Below, one piece after another: positions 37,372-47,221 of a DNA stretch of 64,000 nucleotides. The notes below the pieces were generated by a model, which was not told where the DNA came from, ran no database searches, and saw only the letters and a program-made list of their open reading frames with translations. Both the position numbers and the translations under genes were made by a program. Position 1 is the stretch's first letter; every line of letters starts with the position of its first letter. Source of the DNA: Candidatus Latescibacterota bacterium (GTDB lineage: Bacteria > Latescibacterota > UBA2968 > UBA8231); contig CBDCSU010000005.1 in assembly GCA_965221775.1 (NCBI GenBank), positions 1,120,001-1,184,000 on the forward strand, written 5' to 3'.

Positions 37372-37407
37372 GATTCGCTCCGTGAAGTCGCGGGCGGCGG
37401 GCGCCCC

Positions 37408-38922
37408 TCAGACGAAGCGGTACCCGTAGAGGCGGGCCGCCCCGTAGAGCCAGAAACGCAGCTTGAAGCGGTCCCGCCCCACCTCGGCCAGACCCCTCCC
37501 CGCCCACTCCACCGGCCGGCGCAGTCCGTCGACAAAGATGTCGCCGCAGTCCTCGCACCCGTACCCGGGGAGGGGCTCGCCGGTGTCGGCGTCGAGGACC
37601 TCCACCTCCACCCAGCTGCGGTGCTGGCGCACGCCGCCCACGTTCACCGTGAGGCGGGTCGAGCGGTCGGTGAGCTGCAGGGGCGTGGTGGTGGCGTGGC
37701 CCGGGGTCTCGCGGTCGGGCGTCTCCAGGCAGGTGAAGCCGTCCTCGCGCAGGGTGGCCAGACCCATGCGCATCACCCGGGCGCCGCCGCTGCCCAGCTC
37801 GTGGCGGAACTCGGGGCTTTGGTTCTCCGGCGGCCAGCTGGTGAAGTCCTCGCCCGCGCCGCCGTAGAACAGGTGGATCGTCCCGTCCTTGACCGCCGGC
37901 TTGTCGGTGATCACCAGCAACCCGCCGTCCCACTCGTTGTGGGCGCCGCGGGGGATCACCTTCTGGTGCGGGTTCACGCGGTCGAAGCGGAGGCCGTCGC
38001 CGCTGACGGCCAGGCGGATGTCGGCGGCGTACATGCCGTAGAGGCCGTAGCGGTTGGGCACGTACCAGCCGTACTCGTAGGCCATGATCCACGCGCCGCC
38101 GTAGGGCGACATCATGATGTGGTGGTCCTCGTACTCCAGGCCGTCCGCCGGTGACAGCAGGGGATTCTCCTCGGCCCGGCGGAAGTGCTCGATGTCGGGG
38201 CCGTACGCCAGCAGCTTGGCCCGCCCCAGGCCATGGTACTTCCTGGCGCGGCGCTTGATGTCCGGCTTGCCGAAGGGGACAACCTCCTGGAAGACGGCCT
38301 TGTAGCGCCGCGAGGGATCGGGGTCCTGGTCGTCGCGCACGAGAACGCCGATGTCGGGCGGTCCGTCCTTCACCCACTCCGGCAGGTCGATCCGCGGGCC
38401 CTCGGTCCAGTGGATGCCGTCGGGCGAGTAGTTGGCCCGGGCGCCGATGGCCACGTACTCCGGATCGCGCTGGCCGACGGGCATCGGCTTGGAGAAAGGC
38501 CGCTTGATCCCCTTGAAGCGCTTCGCCGGGTCCGGCTCGGCGTCGTCCCTGATGATCGGTCCCCGGCCGTCGAGGACGATGTTGTTTTGTTTGCTGCCGT
38601 TGTACTCGTGCAGGCCGAGGACGGGCTTGTGCCAGTTGACGCCGTCCTCGCTCTCGGCGTAGCCCATGGCCCACCAGCGCCGGGTGGTGATGTCCGAGCC
38701 GGCGTACCACGCCTTGAAGAGCCCGTCCTCCTCGTCGTAGAGCACCGTGGGCGAGGACCAGGGCCCGCAGTGGGAGGAGTCCCACTCGTGCACGTCGCCC
38801 AGGGGCAGGACCGGGTTGAGGGGATGCTTCTCGGCCTCGCACACGGTCCGGTCCACGTGATGGGTGGACTCGACTCCGTCCATGAGCAGGAATCCGTCGC
38901 CGCGGCCTCGGTTGGTGTTCAT
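37408..38922 (-). CDS. Five-bladed beta-propeller glycosidase-like protein (GH32/43/130 clan)
   Basis: KHPLNPVL, FKAWY, YAESEDGVNW, SPDGIHW, LATLREDGF. Confidence 0.7.
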   Translation of the reverse strand: MNTNRGRGDGFLLMDGVESTHHVDRTVCEAEKHPLNPVLPLGDVHEWDSSHCGPWSSPTVLYDEEDGLFKAWYAGSDITTRRWWAMGYAESEDGVNWHKPVLGLHEYNGSKQNNIVLDGRGPIIRDDAEPDPAKRFKGIKRPFSKPMPVGQRDPEYVAIGARANYSPDGIHWTEGPRIDLPEWVKDGPPDIGVLVRDDQDPDPSRRYKAVFQEVVPFGKPDIKRRARKYHGLGRAKLLAYGPDIEHFRRAEENPLLSPADGLEYEDHHIMMSPYGGAWIMAYEYGWYVPNRYGLYGMYAADIRLAVSGDGLRFDRVNPHQKVIPRGAHNEWDGGLLVITDKPAVKDGTIHLFYGGAGEDFTSWPPENQSPEFRHELGSGGARVMRMGLATLREDGFTCLETPDRETPGHATTTPLQLTDRSTRLTVNVGGVRQHRSWVEVEVLDADTGEPLPGYGCEDCGDIFVDGLRRPVEWAGRGLAEVGRDRFKLRFWLYGAARLYGYRFV

Positions 38923-39111
38923 CGCAATGCCATTTCGGTGTAGTCCATCCCGTGGGAGGTGGCCGAGTTGCCGATGTTGCGCTCCGGCATCTGCAGGATG
39001 CGCCCCGGCGCGTGCACGTCGAAGGAGAAGTCCACCAGCTCCTGCATGGTGCGCAGGCCGCGGGCACCCGGCTCTCGACCTGGGCCTCTCCTGTCATGTG
39101 GGGAGCGGGAG

Positions 39112-40068
39112 CTACTGGCCCCGGGGCCGGTACCTGGGGGTGAAGGCGCGCCCGTGGAAGAGGGGCATGAGGTCGTGGGGCACGTCATCCGTCCGCCCCA
39201 GCCAGTCGGTGTTGCCGAACTCGTAGTCGGAGTGGACCATGCGGCAGAGCATGATGAGGCGCTCCCGGTCGCTGCGGATCGGGATCGTCCGGTGCATGAG
39301 GGGACCGTCGGCGAAGAGCAGCACCGAGCCGCGGCGGGCGGTGATCTGGTGGAAGAACTCGGAGTCCGGGTTGTCGGTGATGTATCGCTTCAGGTCGTCG
39401 AAGGGGACGTGGATGCGGTGGCTCCCCGCGAAGATGCCGGTGCCCCCGTCCTCGGGGCCGACGTCGGTGAGATAGAGGATCAGCCCGAGGATCTGCGTGT
39501 GGAACCAGCCGTTGACGCAGACGGCCCGGTCCTTGTGGCGGCTCACGCCTCCGTGCCAGCCGAGGACGGGATTGTCCGAGCGCCGGTTGAAGCGCACGGC
39601 GAGGGAGTGGTACCGGTAGGTCCCGCCGAGCAGCTCGGTGGCGACGCCCACGAGACGCGGCTTCGTGAGGACCGCGCGAAAGACGGGATCGAGGCCGAGG
39701 ACGCTCTCGATCTCCAAGCGGTCCAGGTGAAGCCCGCCCGAGGGGGTCCTCGTCCGGTTGCCGCGCCACTTCGCGCCGTCCCGGAAGGGGTGGTACTTCT
39801 CCGGCGGCGGCAGCGGCTCGAAGGGGGCGTCGCCGGCGGCTTCGAGCAGCTCCCCCTTCAGCCCCCCGGCCGCGGCCTCGATGGAGTCCAGCTCCTCCTC
39901 GGTGAACAGGTCCTCGACGACGGTGTAGCCATACAGCTCGAAGCGCATCCTCTGTTCGAGAGTCAGCGCCGGGAAGGGATAGTCGTACTCCTTCTCCGGG
40001 ACATCCGTGAACCCGAAGCCCGGGTTCGGCGGGTTGTATGGAGCCTTCGGGAGTGCTTCCGTCGTCAT
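39112..40068 (-). CDS. PhyH-family dioxygenase
   Basis: FELYGYTVVEDLF, WHGG, YLTDVGPEDGGT...GSH, GSVLLF...LMH. Confidence 0.82.
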   Translation of the reverse strand: MTTEALPKAPYNPPNPGFGFTDVPEKEYDYPFPALTLEQRMRFELYGYTVVEDLFTEEELDSIEAAAGGLKGELLEAAGDAPFEPLPPPEKYHPFRDGAKWRGNRTRTPSGGLHLDRLEIESVLGLDPVFRAVLTKPRLVGVATELLGGTYRYHSLAVRFNRRSDNPVLGWHGGVSRHKDRAVCVNGWFHTQILGLILYLTDVGPEDGGTGIFAGSHRIHVPFDDLKRYITDNPDSEFFHQITARRGSVLLFADGPLMHRTIPIRSDRERLIMLCRMVHSDYEFGNTDWLGRTDDVPHDLMPLFHGRAFTPRYRPRGQ

Positions 40069-40257
40069 GGCGTCTCCCGGGGATGGTCGTGGGAAGGCTG
40101 TCGGGGGTCGGGCGGGGCCGGGAGTATAGACGGGCCTTCAAACCCCGGTCAACGGAGCGGCTGCCTGCGCGCGCGGCGCACCAAGTGCCGCTTGACCTGC
40201 CCCTTCCCGTCCGATGAATTCCGGGTCTCTGCGATCCCCTTCTCCACGAGAAACCCC

Positions 40258-40992
40258 ATGGCGATCCCCCTGCGCGAGATCACCGGCATGCCGGCCTTCT
40301 CCTCCTGCTACCCCATGCCGCCGTGCCGCTACCGCCAAGCCCGGTTCCAGCTCGTCTTCTTCCGCGCCGATCCGGCGGCCGTCGACCGGGTCCTTCCCGA
40401 GTGCTTCACCCCGGAGGACGGCCTGTGCGTGGCCATGGGCCTGGCCGTTCCCTGGAGCTCCAGCTACGGCGCCTTCGAGGAGAGCGCCCTTTCCGTGCCC
40501 TGCGCCTTCGAGGGGCGGTCCGGCTACTTCTGCGCCGTGGCCTTCCTCAACTCGCGCTCCAGCATTCCCGCCGGCCGCGAGATCTACGGGACCCCGAAGG
40601 TCCACGCGCAGATCGCCGTCTCCATGGACGAGCGCGTCATGTGCACCGACACGGTGGCGGGCGGCGGTTCCGTCATGAGCATCCGGTCCACCATGCACCG
40701 GGAGGCCCGCCCCGAGGACGTGCCCCCCACCAGCCCCAACTGGCGCCTCAAGGTGATCCCCCGGGCCGACGGCCGCGGCCCCGAGGTGATGCAGGTCATC
40801 GACACCGACGAGGTCAGCACCGACCGGGAGGTCCATCTCTGCCGCGCCGGCGACGGCATCGTCCAGTTCAACCCCTCCCCCGTCTTCGACCTCTCCGACT
40901 TCGCCCCCCTCTCCATCCACGGTGCCTGGTACCTGGAGATGGACTACACCGAGGGCTACGGCCAGGTCGTGCGCGACTTCTCGGGCGAGTAG
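40258..40992 (+). CDS. Acetoacetate decarboxylase family protein
   Basis: AGREIYGTPK, LKVIPRADG. Confidence 0.85.
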   Translation: MAIPLREITGMPAFSSCYPMPPCRYRQARFQLVFFRADPAAVDRVLPECFTPEDGLCVAMGLAVPWSSSYGAFEESALSVPCAFEGRSGYFCAVAFLNSRSSIPAGREIYGTPKVHAQIAVSMDERVMCTDTVAGGGSVMSIRSTMHREARPEDVPPTSPNWRLKVIPRADGRGPEVMQVIDTDEVSTDREVHLCRAGDGIVQFNPSPVFDLSDFAPLSIHGAWYLEMDYTEGYGQVVRDFSGE

Positions 40993-41103
40993 CCGCCGGA
41001 CCGGCCGTACGGGGCCCTCCACCCCTCCGACGCGGGCCTGACGATGCGCTCGGCCGCCGGGCCTTTCCGCGGGGCTGGCCAAGGCAAAGGCCCCTTCCGT
41101 CCC

Positions 41104-42645
41104 TCAGTGCAGCAGCGTCAGCTTGTGGCTCTCATCCGTCCCATCGACCGACACCACCAGGAAGTAGGTGCCGGAGGCCTGCAGCCGCCCCTCCTGGTCG
41201 AGCCCGTCCCAGACGAACTGGTAGGAGCCCGCCGGGCGCTCGGCCGCCGCCGCCAGCACCCGCACCCGCTGCCCCAACTCGTCGTAGATCCGTACCGAGA
41301 CGGAGGCCGCCTGGTCCAACTCGAAGGCGATGGTGACAGCGGCATTGAAGGGATTCGGCCACAGGCGCACAGAGGGTAGCGCTCCTTCGGTACGGCCTGC
41401 CGGCACCTCCTCCTCGACCGCCTCCACCGCCGTGGCCACCCTCCACTCCCTTACCCGGCAGATGCGGCGCAACTGGGAGAACTCCTCTCCCCCCCAATAG
41501 ATGCCCCGAAAGTCATTCAGCATCGAGACGAGGAGATCACCTTCGGACGTCAGCAACTGGCGAAAGGGCCACCAGATCGGGGCCTCCAGCGCCGGACCGC
41601 CGTTGCCGATATTGTCCTGGCAGCGGTGCTCCGAGACTCGCTTGCCGGCGACCGCCCGTTTCTCCACGGCAGCGCAGCCCCGTGCAACGTAGTCCAGTCC
41701 GTTACCGGCGACGGTCTCGATGACACCGTCCGGCCAGATGCGATGAATGCGGTGAAAGCCCTGATCGAGAATGTACAGCGCCCCCTGTTCGTCGATCGTG
41801 ATCTCCCATGGTTGGTAGAGAGGAACTTCTGTCGCCAGACGGCCCTCGCCGACAGAGTAACTTCTGTTGTCCTGCACGGAGGGCGGGTGGTCTCCATACA
41901 CCCGGGAGCCGGCCACGATCTCGATGACGCCATCGGCGGACCGGCGGAAGACCTGGTTGCCCTGCGAGAAGAACACCACTCCCTGGCCATCCACGAGCAC
42001 CCCGGTTACCAAGTCGGTTTCCACCAGCGTGGTGACCACGCCCTGGCCATCGATCTGCCGGATCCCGTCCGTGCCGGCGACCAGCAGGCGGCCCTCCCGA
42101 TCAAACGCCAGCGCGGCCATCACGCCAAACCGGGCTTCCTTGGCCGGCCCGCCGTCGCCGCTGGACCCATACTCGCCTCCCGCGACGGTGACCACCTGAC
42201 CGTCCGGGTCCAGCCTCGCTATTCTGGACAGCTTCCTCCCCCAGTCGGGCCACGAGCGGTTGACATAGTCCACGAAGTAGAGCCGGCCCTGCCGGTCAAA
42301 GGCCAATCCCTCCGGTCCGATGCGGGCATCCAGGGCCGCGACGCTGTCCCGCAGGACATTGGCCGCCCGTTCCTCGCGGGTCTGCGGCACCCCCACGATG
42401 CGCGTGGCCGAGCCGTCGGATTCGAGGCGGTAGATGACGGAACCATCGGACACATGGACCTGCCCTGCCGGGTCCAAGGCCAGGCCCAAGGGCAGGTAGC
42501 TCCTATGCTCGCCGAAGGCCGCCAGGTAGTCCCCGCCGTCCGGGGCGGTCACGCTGCTGATGGTGCCCGGCTCGCCGCACGGCGGCAGCGCCCCCACCGG
42601 GGCCGTCAAGGCAAGCCACGACAGGCAGAGGAGCCGGGTTGCCAT
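41104..42645 (-). CDS. Secreted NHL-repeat protein with FlgD-Ig/T9SS-like C-terminal domain (paralog 2)
   Basis: PEGLAFDRQGRLYFVD, GDGGPA, GVIETVAGNG; PNPFN...WDG.DQEG..KLTLLH. Confidence 0.85.
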   Translation of the reverse strand: MATRLLCLSWLALTAPVGALPPCGEPGTISSVTAPDGGDYLAAFGEHRSYLPLGLALDPAGQVHVSDGSVIYRLESDGSATRIVGVPQTREERAANVLRDSVAALDARIGPEGLAFDRQGRLYFVDYVNRSWPDWGRKLSRIARLDPDGQVVTVAGGEYGSSGDGGPAKEARFGVMAALAFDREGRLLVAGTDGIRQIDGQGVVTTLVETDLVTGVLVDGQGVVFFSQGNQVFRRSADGVIEIVAGSRVYGDHPPSVQDNRSYSVGEGRLATEVPLYQPWEITIDEQGALYILDQGFHRIHRIWPDGVIETVAGNGLDYVARGCAAVEKRAVAGKRVSEHRCQDNIGNGGPALEAPIWWPFRQLLTSEGDLLVSMLNDFRGIYWGGEEFSQLRRICRVREWRVATAVEAVEEEVPAGRTEGALPSVRLWPNPFNAAVTIAFELDQAASVSVRIYDELGQRVRVLAAAAERPAGSYQFVWDGLDQEGRLQASGTYFLVVSVDGTDESHKLTLLH

Positions 42646-42650
42646 GTCCC

Positions 42651-44306
42651 TCAGTGCAGCAGCGTCAGCTTGTGGCTCTCGGTCGTCCCATCGACCGAGA
42701 TCACCAATAGGTACGTGCCCGAGGCTTGGGATCGCCCCTCCTGGTCGAGCCCGTCCCAGACGAACTGGTAGGAGCCCGGTGGGCACTCGGCCTCGGCGGC
42801 CAGCACCCGCACCCGCTGGCCCAACTCGTCGTAGACCCGTACCGATACGGAGGCTGAGTGGTCCAACTCGAAGGCGACGGTGACTGAGGCATTGGAGGGA
42901 TTCGGGTACAGGCGAAGTGAGAGTCTCCCTGCCTCGGCGCCACTCGCAGGCAGCTCCTCCTCTTCGACCGCCTCGACGCCCGTGGCGACCATCCACTCGC
43001 GGACCCGGCAGATGCGGCGCAGGTGGGAGATGTCGCCCCCCGCCCACATCATGCCCCCCGGCCACATCCCCACGAGAAGATCGCCCTCCGGCGTCATCTG
43101 CAGCAGATGGGGAGACCAGACCGGGGCCTCCAGCGCCGGCCCGCCGTCGCCGATGTTGTCCAGGCATGGGGGAATGGGGATGCCCCCGGCCACCCGCTTC
43201 TCGGACGCCGCACAGCCGGGTGACCAACCGAAGTCCAGACCGTTGCCAGCGACGGTCTCGATGGCGCCGTCGGGACGGACCCGATGGACTCGGTGGAAGT
43301 AGTAGTTGGCTATATACAGGGACCCGTCCGAGTCGAGAGCGAGGGCCGACACAAAGTTGAAGGGAGCCTCGGTCGCCGGACCACCGTTGGCGGCGTAGTA
43401 CCCGCCCGGGCGCTCTTCCGACCACTCCCCTTCCAACGCCGCCTCACGCATGGCCCTGCGGCCATCCCAGGTCGACCCGGCGAGGTGCTCGATCATGCCG
43501 TCGCCATTGCGACGGAAGACCTGGTTGCCCGAGGCGAAATACAGTCTCCCCTGGCCATCTACTTGCGCTCGATGAGCTGACTCCATGGGCCCGGAGGGTG
43601 CGGAGACATCTCCCTGGTCGTCAATGCGCCAGATCCCTCCATGACCCGACAACAGCAGATGTCCCTCCAGATCGAAGACCAGCGAGCTTGCCCAACCGAA
43701 CGCCTCCGGGCCGGCGAAGGTGACGACCCGACCATCGGTCTCCACGCGCGCAATGCGTGACACCGCTATCGGAAGGTCTTCGGGCGGCCCAAACAACTGC
43801 GACGCGTCGACGTAGTCCACGAAGTAGAGCTGCCCCTGCCTGTCGAAGGCCATCGGGCCCGGCGCAATGCGAGCGTCCAGCGCCGCCACCGTGTCCACGA
43901 GGACATTCCCCTTTTGCAGACGGGGTGGCCAGTACCGGTCATGGCCTATGCCGGTTTCGTCACTGTCCCGATACTGGGGTACGCCGACCATGCGGGTGGC
44001 GCTGCCATCGGCTTCGAAACGGTAGATGATCGTCCAGTCGGCGACATGGACGCGCCCTTGGGGGCCGACGGACAGGTACTGCGGATAGTGACTGCGATAC
44101 TCCGGCGCAGCGGCCAGGTCCCCGTAGCCGGGTACGTCCTGCGGCGGGTAGACCTTGTAGCCACTGAAGGCGGCTATGTAGTCCCCGCCGTCGGGGGCGG
44201 TCACGGTGCTGATCGTGCCCGGCTCCCCGCACGGCGGCAGCGCCCCCACCGGGGCCGCCAGGGCAAGCCACCACAAGGCGGGGAAGCCATGAAGACGGGT
44301 TGGCAC
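42651..44306 (-). CDS. Secreted NHL-repeat protein with FlgD-Ig/T9SS-like C-terminal domain (paralog 1)
   Basis: Same architecture as 41104-42645; GTG start with RBS GGAGGAG. Confidence 0.85.
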   Translation of the reverse strand: MPTRLHGFPALWWLALAAPVGALPPCGEPGTISTVTAPDGGDYIAAFSGYKVYPPQDVPGYGDLAAAPEYRSHYPQYLSVGPQGRVHVADWTIIYRFEADGSATRMVGVPQYRDSDETGIGHDRYWPPRLQKGNVLVDTVAALDARIAPGPMAFDRQGQLYFVDYVDASQLFGPPEDLPIAVSRIARVETDGRVVTFAGPEAFGWASSLVFDLEGHLLLSGHGGIWRIDDQGDVSAPSGPMESAHRAQVDGQGRLYFASGNQVFRRNGDGMIEHLAGSTWDGRRAMREAALEGEWSEERPGGYYAANGGPATEAPFNFVSALALDSDGSLYIANYYFHRVHRVRPDGAIETVAGNGLDFGWSPGCAASEKRVAGGIPIPPCLDNIGDGGPALEAPVWSPHLLQMTPEGDLLVGMWPGGMMWAGGDISHLRRICRVREWMVATGVEAVEEEELPASGAEAGRLSLRLYPNPSNASVTVAFELDHSASVSVRVYDELGQRVRVLAAEAECPPGSYQFVWDGLDQEGRSQASGTYLLVISVDGTTESHKLTLLH

Positions 44307-44315
44307 AACCCCTCC

Positions 44316-44340
44316 TCCCTTAGTGCAGCAGGGTCAACTT
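44316..44340 (-). repeat. Orphan KLTLLH* 3'-end copy of the NHL/FlgD genes
   Basis: tcccttagtgcagcagggtcaactt matches the sequences at 41100 and 42647. Confidence 0.7.
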
Positions 44341-45575
44341 CAGCCGGCCTCGATCTGCGCCTGCAGAAAGTCCAGGGCCGCCCTGTTCACCCAGCGCTCC
44401 TCGTGGAAGGCCCGCCCGTACTCCAGAGCCGTCACCTCGCGGTACTCGTGGGCCTCGTCGTCGATGAACATCAGTTGCTTTCTGATCGAGGCCCGCACGG
44501 AGGGATCGGCCCCGCGCTCGAGCAGCGCCCTGATGAAGTAATCGGCCTCGAGGCCCCTCACCGTCGCAGGCTGCACGACCACGGCGCTGAACAAAGGCGT
44601 GTGCCCGCCGAAGCCGTCGGCGTCGACCGCCGCGCGGGCGTTCGGGTCGGCGCCGTGAGCCAGGAGCCAGTCGAAGATCTCGCGCTCGTAGTAGTCGATC
44701 GCCATGTGCAGCAGAGTGGCGCCTTGCAGCGGCGTTCCGTGCAGCCCGTAGCCGTCGTCGCCGCCGCAGCCGCACGCCCGAGGGAAGATCTCCTCGCCGG
44801 TGAGCGGACGGCCGACGAAGCCGGGGTCGCGCTCGTACAGGGCCTCGAGCAGGTCGATCCGCCCGCGGTGCACGGCCATGGCGGGCGTGTCGGGGTAGTC
44901 GACGTTGGCCTCCAGGATGTGCAGGACCTCGTGCTTGCCGGCCGGGTTGCGGGAGTAGGTGCTCAGCGCCATGGCGACGGGGGCCAGGCGGTCGCCCTCG
45001 GAGTCGCACAGCTCGGCGCCGACCTCGACCAGCTCCCTCAGGCCGTCCCCGTTCACCGTCTCGCAGCAGCCGATGATGATGCCGCGCGGGACCGGCGCGC
45101 CGAGGGCGGCCAGCTTGCGCATGGTGCTCACCTTTCCCTGCAGGGCCGCGCGTGAGAAAGCCCTTTCCAGGTCCTTGGCGCCGAGGGAGGCGAGCATCTC
45201 CACGATCTCATCCCGGCCGAGGTTGGCGGCCTGTGACATGGGCGGGCCCCAGTCCTCGTTGCGCACGTTCTCGCCCAGCAGGTCGGGGTGCTCCGCGACG
45301 ATGTCGCGGACCCGCTGCACGTCGTCGCGCCAGATGGCGCGCAGCAGGTCCACCTTCACGCGCAGGCGTGGCCAGCTCGCCTGCTGATAGGCCCGCGCCA
45401 GCGCGAGCTGCGCGTCGGCGAGCTTCGCCTCGGGGGGCTCCACCCCGCGGGGATGGAACTCCTCGAAGTCGGACCGGGCGTCGGGGTCGCCGGAGCGGTA
45501 CGCGGCGAGCAGCGACTTGGCCTGGCCCCTGAGGTGGTCCAGGTCGGGATCGTTGGGCAGATGGCGGATCGGCAT
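44340..45575 (-). CDS. Ankyrin-repeat protein
   Basis: LDHLRGQAKSLL...LADAQLALARAY N-terminus; ATLLHMA...LLAHGADPNA; GHTPLFSA; LLERGADP. Confidence 0.85.
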   Translation of the reverse strand: MPIRHLPNDPDLDHLRGQAKSLLAAYRSGDPDARSDFEEFHPRGVEPPEAKLADAQLALARAYQQASWPRLRVKVDLLRAIWRDDVQRVRDIVAEHPDLLGENVRNEDWGPPMSQAANLGRDEIVEMLASLGAKDLERAFSRAALQGKVSTMRKLAALGAPVPRGIIIGCCETVNGDGLRELVEVGAELCDSEGDRLAPVAMALSTYSRNPAGKHEVLHILEANVDYPDTPAMAVHRGRIDLLEALYERDPGFVGRPLTGEEIFPRACGCGGDDGYGLHGTPLQGATLLHMAIDYYEREIFDWLLAHGADPNARAAVDADGFGGHTPLFSAVVVQPATVRGLEADYFIRALLERGADPSVRASIRKQLMFIDDEAHEYREVTALEYGRAFHEERWVNRAALDFLQAQIEAG

Positions 45576-46981
45576 CACTCCACCTCCCCGTCGAGCAGCG
45601 CCCGCCCGTACAGAATGTGGGGGATGTCCAGCCCGGGCCGCTCGAGCCGGTTGAACCGGGCCCACTGGATCTCCCAGATCCGCGGGTCCCAGCGGCACAG
45701 TTCCATCCAGCCGCGGATGATCTTGCTGTCGCCGTCGGGCCCGTCCACGCGGCCGCCGATGCGCGGTTCCTCCAGCGAGCCGTTCCACATCTGGTCCGTA
45801 AAGGTGCGCGTGAACCGCAGCATGTCCTCCCGCGTGAAGACCACGCCCCGGCGGAAAGCCTCGACGGCGAAGGTCACGTCGATTTGCCCGTGGCTGGAGT
45901 CCTCGGGCCGGCTGTGGTCCGGCTCTCCGGCCTCGGTCCAGTCCCAGTAGTTCCAGGTCCAGGCATTTCCCGTCTTTTCGAGGAAGTGCTTGAAATGGGC
46001 GGCCATTTGGGTGGCCCGCTCCAGGTAGAGGGGGTTCTCCGACACGTCCTTCAGCACCAGCCAGACCCGCGCCGGGGCGAGGTACTGGTTGTGGGGCATG
46101 ACGCGGTTGGGAAAGCGCTCGGAGGGGGACTCGGTGAACCGGTAGGCCCCCATGCCCGGCCCCACCTCCTGCCAGTGGCGCTCCTGCTTCTGAAGGACGC
46201 GTTCCTCGATCAGTTGGAGGTAGGAGCGCGCCTTCTCCTCGTACCGGCCCTGCAGGCGCGGGTCCTTCAGAGCCAGCTCGATGAGCTGGGCCACGGGGTA
46301 GAGGATCATCCCCTCGTGCACGGCGTACTCCAGCGGAGCCGGTCCCCGGGTCTCGACGCGGAAGCGGTCGCCGATCTCGGGCCGGCCCTCCAGCCGCACC
46401 TCGAAGCCGGCGATGCCGGGAATCGGCTCTCCCTCGGCCTGCGGACCGTCGTGGACCACTTCCCACGGGCCGCCGCTCAGCTGCCGCACCGTGAAGCGGT
46501 CCTCCCCGGTGCGCTCGACGATGTACTCCGCGTCGACCGCCTGGTGGGCCTGCTGGATGTTCGTCTCCACCTCCGCCCCGGGCAGGATCCGCGCCGTCCC
46601 CCGGTTGTGCAGTTCCTCGGCGCGCATGCGGGAGACGGAGTAGCGGTCCGCCTGCCACCCCGGGATGCCGTCGCCGTCGTGGTCGCTCATGTTCGCCGCC
46701 ATGCGGTCGAAGTGGTCGATCACCTTGTCCAGCCAGCGCACGTCCCCGGTGACGCGGTACATCTTGATGTAGCCGTTCAGGTAGTAGCTCTCGCCCCAGG
46801 CCAGGGCCGACGAGGTCTTCTGGTCCGAGTACGCCCTGCCCTCGTTCCGCGAGTTGTCGAAGGCGACGAACTCGGCGATCAGGGCCTCGCGGTCGAATTT
46901 GGTCACTTGCGCCCGTCCTTCCTGAAAGGTCAGCAGCACGAGGCCGGCGGCGGCGGCCGGCCATGCGGGGATCGATCTCAT
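45575..46981 (-). CDS. Secreted hypothetical protein, probable alpha/alpha-toroid (glycosidase/epimerase-like)
   Basis: Signal peptide; LAWGESY, MYRVTGD.RWLD, VHEGMILYP, PEDSSHG. Confidence 0.55.
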   Translation of the reverse strand: MRSIPAWPAAAAGLVLLTFQEGRAQVTKFDREALIAEFVAFDNSRNEGRAYSDQKTSSALAWGESYYLNGYIKMYRVTGDVRWLDKVIDHFDRMAANMSDHDGDGIPGWQADRYSVSRMRAEELHNRGTARILPGAEVETNIQQAHQAVDAEYIVERTGEDRFTVRQLSGGPWEVVHDGPQAEGEPIPGIAGFEVRLEGRPEIGDRFRVETRGPAPLEYAVHEGMILYPVAQLIELALKDPRLQGRYEEKARSYLQLIEERVLQKQERHWQEVGPGMGAYRFTESPSERFPNRVMPHNQYLAPARVWLVLKDVSENPLYLERATQMAAHFKHFLEKTGNAWTWNYWDWTEAGEPDHSRPEDSSHGQIDVTFAVEAFRRGVVFTREDMLRFTRTFTDQMWNGSLEEPRIGGRVDGPDGDSKIIRGWMELCRWDPRIWEIQWARFNRLERPGLDIPHILYGRALLDGEVE

Positions 46982-47221
46982 CGGGTTGCCTCCTCGAGTC
47001 GGCCTTCCAGCCTCGGCAAGGTAGGCCCGCCCGAAAGACGGGACCAATCGCCCCAATCGCCCAGCCATCGGCCAAGGCTTCCGGCTGGCGTGGCCGTCCC
47101 TCGCCACCTTCACTCCTGCTCGCCCGGCCCCCCGAACCCTTGACGCTGCCCGCGCCCACGCGGAACCTATGCCGCCCCGGCAGCACCCCCGATCCGCACC
47201 CCGCACCCGACCCGAGGCCCC

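Noticed and set aside
38936-40952. 15-bp inverted match GATGGACTACACCGA flanking PhyH and the decarboxylase gene
   Set aside because: A match of this length is expected by chance in 64 kb of GC-rich DNA, and no invertase is nearby.
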